The translations under genes were made by a program, and so were the position numbers. Source: Patescibacteria group bacterium (GTDB lineage: Bacteria > Patescibacteriota > Minisyncoccia > UBA6257 > GWB1-50-10). Taken from it: a stretch of 51,127 bases of DNA. Positions 1 to 9,305 of the stretch are shown in pieces. Location of the stretch: assembly GCA_040757555.1 (NCBI GenBank), contig JBFLWN010000001.1, forward strand, positions 1-51,127, read 5' to 3'. The notes beneath the pieces were generated by a model that searched no databases, was not told where the DNA came from, and saw nothing but the letters and a program-made list of their open reading frames with translations. The stretch's first letter is position 1, and each line of letters opens with the position of its first letter.

Positions 1-30
1 TTTTGTTTTTGTATCTATATTTTTCTTCAT
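1..30 (-). CDS. 5' end of a gene running off the window (MKKNIDTKTK...)
   Basis: ATG at 30-28 with an open frame to the window edge, 50 bp downstream of the previous stop, same orientation as the operon. Confidence 0.45.
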   Translation of the reverse strand, partial: MKKNIDTKTK

Positions 31-39
31 ATTTTTTCC

Positions 40-81
40 AACAACATTCCAATCCGCCAATTGGCGGATTGGAATGTTGTT
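40..81. repeat. perfect 42-bp palindrome with TCCGCC-AATT-GGCGGA core (REP-like)
   Basis: AACAACATTCCAATCCGCCAA|TTGGCGGATTGGAATGTTGTT is self-complementary; the TCCGCC/GGCGGA core recurs at 22972-23001. Confidence 0.85.
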
Positions 82-784
82 AATAGGTGTTATTTCTCTT
101 TTTTAGTGTATTAGTGAGCCAGTCGTGTAAAAGTTTTGTGTTTGGAATTACACAATGTCCTCCGATTTTACCGGGCATAAATTTCAACACTGGGCGTACT
201 ACATGGGGCATCCCTAATTTTTTGTATCCTCTATTGTATTCTTTATTTGCCCTTGTATAAACCACATCAAAGTCAACTTTATATTTATCACAAATACGCT
301 TTGTTTCTTTTGTATATATAATATTCCACCCATAGTATGTGGTATCGAGAATTTTCAATAACTCAGTCGTTTCTGCTTTGGAAAAAGATTCTGTCGGAAT
401 TCCAACCTCCCTAAAGTATTTTTCCGCGATTTTTGCTTTTGGGCCTCCAAAATATTTTACAAATGTCCTCATCCCCCTTTCCAAATGAGGGTGTATCCCC
501 CTTACAGGACTATGGACCGCAATGGTTCCTATTTTTTTTGTTATACCCACTGCAATAGTCGAATGAATAATAACAAGACTCGGTTTATATTCTTTTATGT
601 ACTTTTTTGTCACTCCAACAAAATTCTTTATCGGCGGATATGCAATATGAAGTACATCAAATTTGCCTACAATATAGTCATTTTTATCCCGAATAGAGAC
701 ATCAAATTTTTTCTTTAAAATATTAAAAAGCGCGTTTCCTATCTCCCCTCGTCCAATGATCAAGTGTTTTGTTTTTTTAGACAT
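80..784 (-). CDS. short nucleotide-sugar dehydrogenase-like protein (UDP-Glc/GDP-Man dehydrogenase family)
   Basis: GRGEIG Rossmann motif, HST, SPVRG, E..K..DT and catalytic GGHC (KIGGHCVIPN); lacks the C-terminal UDP-binding domain. Confidence 0.7.
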   Translation of the reverse strand: MSKKTKHLIIGRGEIGNALFNILKKKFDVSIRDKNDYIVGKFDVLHIAYPPIKNFVGVTKKYIKEYKPSLVIIHSTIAVGITKKIGTIAVHSPVRGIHPHLERGMRTFVKYFGGPKAKIAEKYFREVGIPTESFSKAETTELLKILDTTYYGWNIIYTKETKRICDKYKVDFDVVYTRANKEYNRGYKKLGMPHVVRPVLKFMPGKIGGHCVIPNTKLLHDWLTNTLKKRNNTY

Positions 785-1955
785 GGTATGAATGTGTTAT
801 TTCATTGTATGCCTCAATAAATCGTCTCGCAACTGATTCCGCAGAAAAATTGTTGTACACAAATTCTTTCCCACGTTGACCTATCTTCTCCGCTTTGTCT
901 TTATTTTCCAGTAAATCAACCACCACGTCTGCGAGAAGCTTTATATCTTTTTCAATCACAATTCCTGCTCCCGCATTTTGTATCTCTTCCGATATTGCCA
1001 CTCCCTTTGTGATAACCACCGGAAGTCCCACGGCCATTGCCTCAATTGTAGCCATACTAAAACTCTCCGAAAACGATGGGAGTACAAAGACATTACTTTC
1101 ATGGAGTACAGCTTTCTTCTCTTCTCCCGAGATAAGTCCAGTGAAAATAACTTTCTTATTAATCTTGAGATTTGAGATTTGAGATTTAATTTTTGCTATG
1201 TATCCTGCCTCATCCGGACCAGCAATGACTAGCATGGCATTTGATCTTTTTTTCAAAACGTCCGCGAACGCAGGAATGAGCGTATCAAATCCCTTTACCC
1301 AGTTTAGTCTCCCAACAAATAATACTATCTCCGAGTCCTCTTTGATTCCCCATTTATTACGGAATAAATTATTTTCCACTGGATCGAGATTTTCGCTTTC
1401 AAAGGGATTTGGAATAACTAACGCCCCTTTGAATGGAAGCTTCGTTTCTATATAATCACGCTTCTCGGCTTCACTCGTAAAATGAATCGTCGATGCATTT
1501 TTTAATACAAATTTTTCAATAAAATGCGTATATATTATTTTCTTCAAGGACTTACTTCCATACGTCTGTTTCATAAAATTTCCCCGAGGAGAAACAATGA
1601 ACGGTTTCTTATGTTTTTTTGCATAATACGCGCCAAGCAACGATGCGGAAAGAAATACTGAAGTAATATGGATAAGATCAAAATTCTGAATGTTTTTCTT
1701 TAATGCATAAAGCATTGCACTTGAGTATTCCCATGCACGAAATGTAAGGGGAAAATAAAATACTTTTACTCCATCAATATTAATCTCTTTATTCAAGGAA
1801 ACATCTAATTTTTTATCCCCATCTATATTCGTTGTGTACACCGTGACATCGATACCAAGCCTCACTAACCATTTATTCAAGATGTGCACGCTCACCACAG
1901 GGCCCCCATGACTATAGGCGGGAATATAACTTGGAGTAATGTGAAGAATTTTCAT
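777..1955 (-). CDS. glycosyltransferase family 4 (GT-B)
   Basis: MKILHI..GG start, FVGRL..VKG, PSFSESFSMATIEAMAVGLPVV. Confidence 0.9.
   Translation of the reverse strand: MKILHITPSYIPAYSHGGPVVSVHILNKWLVRLGIDVTVYTTNIDGDKKLDVSLNKEINIDGVKVFYFPLTFRAWEYSSAMLYALKKNIQNFDLIHITSVFLSASLLGAYYAKKHKKPFIVSPRGNFMKQTYGSKSLKKIIYTHFIEKFVLKNASTIHFTSEAEKRDYIETKLPFKGALVIPNPFESENLDPVENNLFRNKWGIKEDSEIVLFVGRLNWVKGFDTLIPAFADVLKKRSNAMLVIAGPDEAGYIAKIKSQISNLKINKKVIFTGLISGEEKKAVLHESNVFVLPSFSESFSMATIEAMAVGLPVVITKGVAISEEIQNAGAGIVIEKDIKLLADVVVDLLENKDKAEKIGQRGKEFVYNNFSAESVARRFIEAYNEITHSYHV
1167..1187 (-). repeat. (AAATCTC)3 heptamer array inside the GT4 gene, encoding KSQISNLK
   Basis: GAGATTT at 1167, 1174 and 1181 on +; same unit as the repeats flanking the four-helix-bundle gene. 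Confidence 0.85.
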
Positions 1956-1957
1956 GC

Positions 1958-3418
1958 TTATTTTTTGAAAAGTCCCGACACTTCAAAAACAGCCTCTTCT
2001 TTAAGAAGGAACAGAGAGGTAGTGTATATACCAGCCGAAATAACAATATTCACAATAAGATGAATATCAAACATCTTCATTATCACCACACCAACACACA
2101 TGATAAGGGTGGCCAAAAGTATTTTCTGTGGGTTTGGAAAAAATTTAAAATACCCCATTGTTTTTGCAAATTTATACATTAAAAACGTATAAATGAAAAA
2201 TGAAAAAACCGTCGCACAAGATGCACCTATCATTCCATAGGGAGGAACCAAAAGAAAATTTAAAATAACATTAGAAATAGCACCTACAAATGGAAATAAT
2301 ACGGTCTTTCGTTGTTTATCATGTGCAAAAACATAATTTGAAAGAATAACCAATGGATATATTGCTAAGATTGAAAATAATAAAATTATAAATGCCACTC
2401 CCCCAGATGAATACCCACCTCCAAAAATATATGGAAGAAGTGATGAACCCAAGATTACACCCCCCATAACGATGGGAATACAAAATGCAAACATTATTTT
2501 AAATGCACCCTCCACTAAAACCCTTATTTTTTCTTTATCTTCCTGATGTGCAAATCTGGAAAATACCGGAAATGTACTTGTTCCGATAAGTCCCGAAAAA
2601 ATAGTGAGGATACCAATTATTTTTTGTGCAGCAGAATAAATACCAACCTCAGAAACAGTTCTCCACCATCCAAGCATAATGAGATCTATATTAAATAAAA
2701 AGATACTGAGCAATCCAGACACTGCGATTGGCCACGCCGATATCAAAATTGGTTTTACTAACTTGCCAGTGAAATTTTTAATTACCCCGAATCCATACCT
2801 CCAAAAAATAATTGATCCGGTAATTATGGTCACTAATAATGACGCAGATGTGTAAGAAATAGCGAGAGAAATCGGTGTTCTCGAATATGTAAGTGCAACA
2901 AAACCGAAAATCGTGACCAACACATTCGCCACTGTAACAATCAATGCCTCCCACTCCATTTTTTCTACTCCTCTGAAAAAAGCTATAAAGAAGTCCCGTA
3001 AATCATCAGCAATTAACATTATTGCAATGATTGGAAGAAGTGTAATCGCCGCACTTATCTTACTAAATAATGGAGCGACAAATAAAAGTAGGGTTGCGGT
3101 TACTATTAATAAACAAATCTCTATCCAAAACCCAGTAGAAAAAATCTGGTCTCGTGATTTTGAATTTTTTGCAATATCACGAGTCATAATCGAATCCACA
3201 CCAATATTTTTAAACATAATAAAAAAACCGGCCAACCCAAGTGCATATGAAAAAATGCCATACCCCTCCGCACCAAGTGCACGAGCTGAATAAATGGTGA
3301 TCGCGGCACGGATAATTCTGCTTCCCATCTGACTCACTCCAAGCCACATAAAGTTCTTAAAAACCACTTTTTTTACACTCCCACTCGCAAAAAATATTTC
3401 CTTGAGTTTATTTATCAT
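1958..3418 (-). CDS. wzx: Wzx-type oligosaccharide flippase
   Basis: many TM segments, ARALGAEGYGIFS, DLIMLG..EVGIYSAA, LVPPYGMIGA motifs. Confidence 0.9.
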   Translation of the reverse strand: MINKLKEIFFASGSVKKVVFKNFMWLGVSQMGSRIIRAAITIYSARALGAEGYGIFSYALGLAGFFIMFKNIGVDSIMTRDIAKNSKSRDQIFSTGFWIEICLLIVTATLLLFVAPLFSKISAAITLLPIIAIMLIADDLRDFFIAFFRGVEKMEWEALIVTVANVLVTIFGFVALTYSRTPISLAISYTSASLLVTIITGSIIFWRYGFGVIKNFTGKLVKPILISAWPIAVSGLLSIFLFNIDLIMLGWWRTVSEVGIYSAAQKIIGILTIFSGLIGTSTFPVFSRFAHQEDKEKIRVLVEGAFKIMFAFCIPIVMGGVILGSSLLPYIFGGGYSSGGVAFIILLFSILAIYPLVILSNYVFAHDKQRKTVLFPFVGAISNVILNFLLVPPYGMIGASCATVFSFFIYTFLMYKFAKTMGYFKFFPNPQKILLATLIMCVGVVIMKMFDIHLIVNIVISAGIYTTSLFLLKEEAVFEVSGLFKK

Positions 3419-3433
3419 ATTTCACAACCAATA

Positions 3434-4402
3434 TTATGCTCTTATAAACTTATATGCTTTATATAATACCCTTAATAGTGGTCGAGGTACTAAAAAAAGT
3501 GGAAGCGCAATCCAAAATTCGGGGTAACTCCAATATAATCTAGTCATCTTCCATATTTTTGGGGAATAATTTGCAAAACCAGTTTTAAGACCTAATGAGC
3601 GTTCCACAATGACAGCCCTCCAAATACGCCCAAATTGATCAGCTAATCCTCTCCGAAAAGATTTATGGTTAAATTTGTCTCTAAACTCTTGAGCAATAAT
3701 ACGATAATTTATTGCATGTACTTCAAAAGAATCATACCACCGCACTTCTCCTGGGGGTTTAGAATAACTAAGAAGACACGCTTTTTGAACAAAGCAAGCT
3801 TCTTTATTTTGAGAAATCACATATAAGACTAAATAATATCCCGTGAGGGTTGTTCCTATAAACTTTTTAGCCTCACCAATGCCTTTTATTGTATCTTCTC
3901 TTTTCAAGATGGTCGCCGACGGAAAACCAAGAAGCCCAACGTTTATTTCAAATATTTCACTACCATTTTTAAAAAATTTATCACCGCCTAAATTTAATCC
4001 TAAATCTTTTTCATTTGTGATATTTTGTGAATTTAACCAAATAAAAGAAAGTGCTGGATATTTTCTTATGTAAGAAATCACACGCGCTACAGCATCATTT
4101 GCCATAATATCATCTCCGTACCACCAAATATATTTTCCTCTTGCCTCTTCCGTTAAAAAGAGAAGAGCCTTATCATACCCCCCAGTTTTACTTTTTTCTC
4201 CCTTAAAATAGCGAACTGAAATAGGAAGACGGTTTATATACTCTTTTACAATATTCTCGGTCTCATTGTTTGAACTGTCATCGCGAATAATTATTTCTAT
4301 ATCAGAAGTAAGTTGTTTGATTATACTTTCGAAAAAAGCCCGAACAGAATTCGGCTGGTTATACGTCGGCAAACAAATACTTAAGATTGGATCGTTATTC
4401 AT
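3434..4402 (-). CDS. glycosyltransferase family 2 (RfbV/abequosyltransferase-like)
   Basis: LSICLPTYN, IIIRDDSS, ARGKYIWWYGDD; paralog of 10638..11642. Confidence 0.8.
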   Translation of the reverse strand: MNNDPILSICLPTYNQPNSVRAFFESIIKQLTSDIEIIIRDDSSNNETENIVKEYINRLPISVRYFKGEKSKTGGYDKALLFLTEEARGKYIWWYGDDIMANDAVARVISYIRKYPALSFIWLNSQNITNEKDLGLNLGGDKFFKNGSEIFEINVGLLGFPSATILKREDTIKGIGEAKKFIGTTLTGYYLVLYVISQNKEACFVQKACLLSYSKPPGEVRWYDSFEVHAINYRIIAQEFRDKFNHKSFRRGLADQFGRIWRAVIVERSLGLKTGFANYSPKIWKMTRLYWSYPEFWIALPLFLVPRPLLRVLYKAYKFIRA

Positions 4403-4405
4403 TCT

Positions 4406-5614
4406 TTATTTTTTCCTCTTTTCAAAAAACTCATGAATCGTTTTAACGATGTAACGAATTTCTTTTGTTTTTAAATATGGATGACTTCCAATATAAAAAC
4501 CGTTTTTATTTATCCAACGAGCCACTGGAAAATGCAACTCCAAATTCTTATCAAAAAGCTTTTTGTATATTGGCTGATTAATAAGTGGGACCATTTCACG
4601 GGTCTCAATATTTCTCGATTCGAGAAAATTCACCAAATTCTTTTTTGGTATATTTTTTAACACGATCGGATACATCATAAAATTATTATCTCTATCAGAT
4701 AAAATAGAGGGTAATTGAATATAATCCTTAAGATCACTCAAGTGTTTTGTATAGTAGGCTGCTATTTTTCTCCGCTTTTGTATATTTTCTTTTCGGCCCT
4801 CAAATTGAGCAACACCCAGCGCTGCCTCGAGTTCCGTTCCCCTCATACTGTGTCCAAGTCGTACAAACGAAAATCTCTTCGAAACAACCATCTCTAGTTT
4901 TCTAGATGACAAGCCTTTATCAGCGTCTATATTTAGATATATTGAATCCCTCCCATGATTCATAAAACTGCGCATAAGGATTGCTAACTCAGGGTCATTG
5001 GTCAATGCAAGTCCACCAACACCCGTAACCAAAAAATGAGCGATGTATGTGGAGAAACAACCAATGTCACCAAATGAACCAACTTTTTTTCCCCTATATT
5101 TCGCAAACATGCACTCGCATGAATCTTCAATAACCCTTAAATTGTGCTTACGAGCAATTTTCATTATTGGATCCATATCCGCGGGCATTCCAAAAAGATG
5201 CACCGGAAGAATTACTCTCGTGCGCTTAGTAATCGCCGCTTCTATTTTTGATGGGTCGATATTGTACGTCTTTGGGTCTACATCAACGAACACGGGCTTC
5301 ATATTGTTAAAAAGAACTATATTTGAAGTTGCAACAAAAGTTACCGCAGGAACTATTACTTCATCTCCATCTTTCCATCCATATTTTTCTTTCATCGCTG
5401 CAAGCGCCATATGGAGGGCACTTGTCCCACTATTCGAAAAGACCGCAAATTTTGAATCGTGTTCTTTTGCAAAAATATCTTCAAATTTCTTACTCCACGG
5501 ACCATAAGAAAGCCGGTGACTTTTTAATACCTCACCAATATACTTTCTCTCCCTGTTACCAAAATGAAATCCCGCAGAACCTATCTGATAATTGGGTATA
5601 AAGTCTTTTGCCAT
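4406..5614 (-). CDS. DegT-family PLP enzyme with His at the catalytic Lys position; ColD/RfbH-like sugar 3-dehydratase
   Basis: NSGTSAL, EDSCE; CFSTYIAHFLVTGVGG aligns to CFSFYANKILTTGEGG of 13454..14572 with K->H. Confidence 0.75.
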   Translation of the reverse strand: MAKDFIPNYQIGSAGFHFGNRERKYIGEVLKSHRLSYGPWSKKFEDIFAKEHDSKFAVFSNSGTSALHMALAAMKEKYGWKDGDEVIVPAVTFVATSNIVLFNNMKPVFVDVDPKTYNIDPSKIEAAITKRTRVILPVHLFGMPADMDPIMKIARKHNLRVIEDSCECMFAKYRGKKVGSFGDIGCFSTYIAHFLVTGVGGLALTNDPELAILMRSFMNHGRDSIYLNIDADKGLSSRKLEMVVSKRFSFVRLGHSMRGTELEAALGVAQFEGRKENIQKRRKIAAYYTKHLSDLKDYIQLPSILSDRDNNFMMYPIVLKNIPKKNLVNFLESRNIETREMVPLINQPIYKKLFDKNLELHFPVARWINKNGFYIGSHPYLKTKEIRYIVKTIHEFFEKRKK

Positions 5615-5640
5615 GTAGTCCTACACTACCAAAAAAAACC

Positions 5641-6588
5641 TCAATTTTCAATTATTTTTTGATTATTAATAAACCAATCAATTGTGTTTTTTAAACCTTC
5701 TTCAAAGGTTGTTTTTGCCTTAAATCCAAATTCTCTCTCTGCCTTACTTATATCCAACATACGTCGATGTTGTCCCCCAATCTTTGTTATATCCCATCGT
5801 ATTTCTCCATTAAAATTCATAAGGCGACAAATCATTGTTGCCAACTCCTTTATTGGAATTTCACGTCCCGCCCCAAGATTTACTGGTTCCGATTTATCAT
5901 ATTTTTCAGTAGCAAACACTATTCCTTCCGCCGCGTCCTCAACATACAAAAATTCTCTACTTGCAGTTCCATCGCCCCACACCTCTATAAAATTCTTTCC
6001 TTCTTTTTTTGCTTCATACACCCTCCTTATGAGAGCTGGGATCGCGTGTGAAGACTTTGGATCAAAATCATCTCCTGGACCATAAAGATTGATCATTAAA
6101 AAATGTATCGCATTAAATTTATACTGAGCGGCATACGCTTGAGATGCAACCAACATCATTCTTTTAGAAAGACCATAGGGCGCTGTAATCTCTGACGGAT
6201 ATCCATTCCATAAATCTTTCTCATTGAATGGGATTGGAGCCGAATCAGGATATTCACACACACTCCCAGATCCAACAAATTTACTAACACCGGCTCTATA
6301 AGCTGAATCAATTAGATTAAGACCCATTATCGCATTCTCATAAAAAAACTCAGCTTGTCGTCCAACGTGATACCACAACCCCCCAACTTTTGCCGCAAGA
6401 TGAATTACTACATCTTGCCCCTTAACCACATAATCACAAACTTCTTTCTTTCTTAAATCATATTCATTCGAACGAGGTATAAAAATATTTTCAGGTAAAA
6501 CTCCGCGTCCAATTAATTTCTTATAAACTTCCTTACCTAAAAACCCAGCCCCACCCGTCAAAACTATTTTTTTATTTTTAAGATCCAT
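5641..6588 (-). CDS. fcl: GDP-L-fucose synthase / ColC-like epimerase-reductase
   Basis: TGGAGFLG, HLAAKVGG, GSVCEYP, YGLSK, NLYGPGDDF..SSHAIPALI, WGDGTASREFLYVED. Confidence 0.88.
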   Translation of the reverse strand: MDLKNKKIVLTGGAGFLGKEVYKKLIGRGVLPENIFIPRSNEYDLRKKEVCDYVVKGQDVVIHLAAKVGGLWYHVGRQAEFFYENAIMGLNLIDSAYRAGVSKFVGSGSVCEYPDSAPIPFNEKDLWNGYPSEITAPYGLSKRMMLVASQAYAAQYKFNAIHFLMINLYGPGDDFDPKSSHAIPALIRRVYEAKKEGKNFIEVWGDGTASREFLYVEDAAEGIVFATEKYDKSEPVNLGAGREIPIKELATMICRLMNFNGEIRWDITKIGGQHRRMLDISKAEREFGFKAKTTFEEGLKNTIDWFINNQKIIEN

Positions 6589-6603
6589 AAAATTAAAAAC
6601 TTT

Positions 6604-7422
6604 TTATTTCCTTGCAACAATATATCCTTGTTCCATTTGTTTCCAACCCTCTGGATGATTATCTATATATTTAGAAATATTTTCGCAAATATTTACCTTA
6701 AATCCCGCACCTACTAACTTCTCAACTAAATCTCTTGTTCCGTAATGGTACTCAATAAATATTTCATCAAATACAGAAATGGTACCCATATCAGCATTTT
6801 CAAAAATTTCATATTCATATCCATCCACATCTACCTTTAGTATGCCCCCAAAAATCTTGTGTTCATTAATGATTTTCTCCAACGATTTCATTGGAATTTT
6901 TCCCAATTCTCTTTGATCTTCTATTGACATTAAGGCGCCTAATCCGCCAAATTTAACAGGTTCGGTTTTTCCTACCCCACATAATTCTACCTTACACTTA
7001 TTTTTTAAATTATTAAGTTCAATGTTTTCTACACACATATCATAATACCTCTTGTTTATTTCATATCCGTAAACATTTCTTGCTCCAAAAAGTCCAAAAT
7101 ACACAGTAGTGTCACCAAGAGCTGTTCCTATATCAATCACATCTTTCCCCTCAATGTTTAACTTTGAATATGCATCCCTCGCAAATACCTCAGATAGAAC
7201 CAATGAATGTTCTGTGCTACAATTCATTTTTATTTTTTTTCCCTTACATTTGATAGTGGTAATTCCACCTTTATCTATCCACCCAAAAGGAAAATACCTA
7301 AAAAAAGATATATACATCTGATAGTCTTTCCAATTTTTTATCTTGTTTCCAAATAATAACATAATTAGTATTTGAGGAAAAAATAACAAATTCTTTCCAA
7401 GAAATTTCAATTTATTAATCAT
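6604..7422 (-). CDS. FkbM family methyltransferase
   Basis: VIDIGTALGD, YEIN, LKVDVDGYEYEI, IEYH. Confidence 0.8.
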   Translation of the reverse strand: MINKLKFLGKNLLFFPQILIMLLFGNKIKNWKDYQMYISFFRYFPFGWIDKGGITTIKCKGKKIKMNCSTEHSLVLSEVFARDAYSKLNIEGKDVIDIGTALGDTTVYFGLFGARNVYGYEINKRYYDMCVENIELNNLKNKCKVELCGVGKTEPVKFGGLGALMSIEDQRELGKIPMKSLEKIINEHKIFGGILKVDVDGYEYEIFENADMGTISVFDEIFIEYHYGTRDLVEKLVGAGFKVNICENISKYIDNHPEGWKQMEQGYIVARK

Positions 7423-7430
7423 TGGTTTTT

Positions 7431-8384
7431 TTATATTAACCTTAAGTCTTCTTCCACCATCATCTCAACTAATTCCTTAAATCTCACTTTTGGAACCCAT
7501 CCTAATTGTTTCTTCGCTTTATTTATATCAGCACACAATTCCAACTCCTTGGGACGTACAAAATCTGGATCAATTTTTATATATTCTTTCCAATTTAAAC
7601 CAACAAAACCAAATGCAAAATCTAGAAAATCCCGAACAGAATGTGTTTCTCCAGTTCCAATAATATAATCTTCTGGTTTTTCCTGTTGCAGCATCATCCA
7701 CATCGCCCCTACATAATCTCTGGCAAACCCCCAATCACGTCGAGCATCTAAATCTCCAAGTCTTAATTCTTGCAAGGAACCCTTCTTTATTTCTGCAACT
7801 GCCTTAGAAATCTTTCTGGTTAAAAATTCTACGTCGCGCCGTGGTGATTCATGATTAAACAAAAACCCCGAACACGCGAACAACCCCTCCTGCTCACGAA
7901 ACATTCGCACAAGATTTACACCCGCTGTTTTTGTTATCCCATAAAGCGAAGTGGGATACATTGGCGTTAATTCGTTTTGTGGGGTTTCTATTCCCCCAAC
8001 AAAAACCCTACTTGAACTCGCAAAAAACAAGCGAGTTTTTAATTTATTATCCTTTATACATGAGAGGGTGTAATATAGGCTATCCACATTTGTACTAAAA
8101 ATCGATTTATAGTTCTCACGTGTATTTTTGACCTCATGTTGTGAAGCTAAATGATATATTTCTTCAGGATTAACCTCAAAGATTATTTTTTCAATTGATT
8201 CACATTCATCAATTTTTCCTGAGTGTAAAACAATTTGGTCTAGGATATGTTGAATACGCCATAATTTATCATTATTTTCTTCATATTGAATAATACCGTG
8301 CACTTCATATCCTTTTTCAAGGAGAAATTCTGCTAAATATGACCCATCTTGACCGGAAATTCCCGTAATTAATGCTTTCTTCAT
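7431..8384 (-). CDS. gmd: GDP-mannose 4,6-dehydratase-like SDR (divergent paralog)
   Basis: [36 protein letters not shown]; ASSSRVF replaces ASSSEMF. Confidence 0.75.
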   Translation of the reverse strand: MKKALITGISGQDGSYLAEFLLEKGYEVHGIIQYEENNDKLWRIQHILDQIVLHSGKIDECESIEKIIFEVNPEEIYHLASQHEVKNTRENYKSIFSTNVDSLYYTLSCIKDNKLKTRLFFASSSRVFVGGIETPQNELTPMYPTSLYGITKTAGVNLVRMFREQEGLFACSGFLFNHESPRRDVEFLTRKISKAVAEIKKGSLQELRLGDLDARRDWGFARDYVGAMWMMLQQEKPEDYIIGTGETHSVRDFLDFAFGFVGLNWKEYIKIDPDFVRPKELELCADINKAKKQLGWVPKVRFKELVEMMVEEDLRLI

Positions 8385-8387
8385 TGA

Positions 8388-9299
8388 TTATTTTTTCTCT
8401 TCCCACCATCGACATTCTGGCGCCCATTTCTCCATTTGTTTATAAGTCAAAGTAAGTCCCTCCTTTAAAGAGTGGGTTGGCTTCCACCCGGTAAGCCTAC
8501 TAATTAATGAAATATCACACCTAAAATTCATTGGTCCGGAAACATTCTTTTCTAAATCTTTCACCTCCTTACCTGAAATTTCTTCTAAAATCTTAGTAAT
8601 TTCTCCAATACTTACCGCCTCCCCCGTCCCAAGATTTACTGGCCCCACATAGTCGGTTTCCATTAGTCTCACAATTGCTTCAGCCGCATCGTCGAGATAA
8701 AGAAAATCTCTTATCGGCTTTTTACTCCATACTGAAACTTCATTTGGAGAAAGAAGATTCTGAATAAGTGTGGGGACAAGATCGGGACGAACCAATTTTG
8801 TTGGACCATAAATATTCGTAAATCTAACTATAATTGAAGGAATTTTATCTTTATAAAATTTAACAATCTCCTCTGAAAGATATTTACTAAATACGTAATC
8901 ATTTATATACGGATTAATCGGCTGTGATTCATCTACTGGGAGTTTCATTTTGTCTTCGTCATATAAAAGAATGGTCGTAAAACAAACAACTTTTTTTAAC
9001 TTTCTTTTTGCAAAATACGAAAATGCCTTTTTAAGAGGAATGACGTTATAATCAAAACCCATTGTGGGGTGATTATTTATAAGATGATGGTTAGAGCTCC
9101 CAATAAGGAAAATAACCTTGTCAAAATCAACTGAATCTAAAATACTTAATTCATCGAGAGAATTAAGTTGAATGTGCTTATTTTTTATATACGAGGGTGG
9201 AACGTTTCGTCCAACAGAAATAATTTCTGGATATTTTTCTAAAATAATTGGGCCTAAGAAACCGCTTCCCCCAAAAAGAATAGTTTTAGATCCGTTCAT
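8388..9299 (-). CDS. NAD-dependent epimerase/dehydratase family (sugar ketoreductase-like)
   Basis: GGSGFLG, YVFSK, RFTNIYGP, RDFLYLDD, NLGTG. Confidence 0.8.
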   Translation of the reverse strand: MNGSKTILFGGSGFLGPIILEKYPEIISVGRNVPPSYIKNKHIQLNSLDELSILDSVDFDKVIFLIGSSNHHLINNHPTMGFDYNVIPLKKAFSYFAKRKLKKVVCFTTILLYDEDKMKLPVDESQPINPYINDYVFSKYLSEEIVKFYKDKIPSIIVRFTNIYGPTKLVRPDLVPTLIQNLLSPNEVSVWSKKPIRDFLYLDDAAEAIVRLMETDYVGPVNLGTGEAVSIGEITKILEEISGKEVKDLEKNVSGPMNFRCDISLISRLTGWKPTHSLKEGLTLTYKQMEKWAPECRWWEEKK

Positions 9300-9305
9300 A
9301 TAAAA

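Noticed and set aside
1167-1187. Phase-variation microsatellite interpretation of the heptamer arrays
   Set aside because: Most arrays are degenerate and only 3-5 units long, so slippage is unlikely. It cannot be fully excluded for the perfect (AAATCTC)3 copies.
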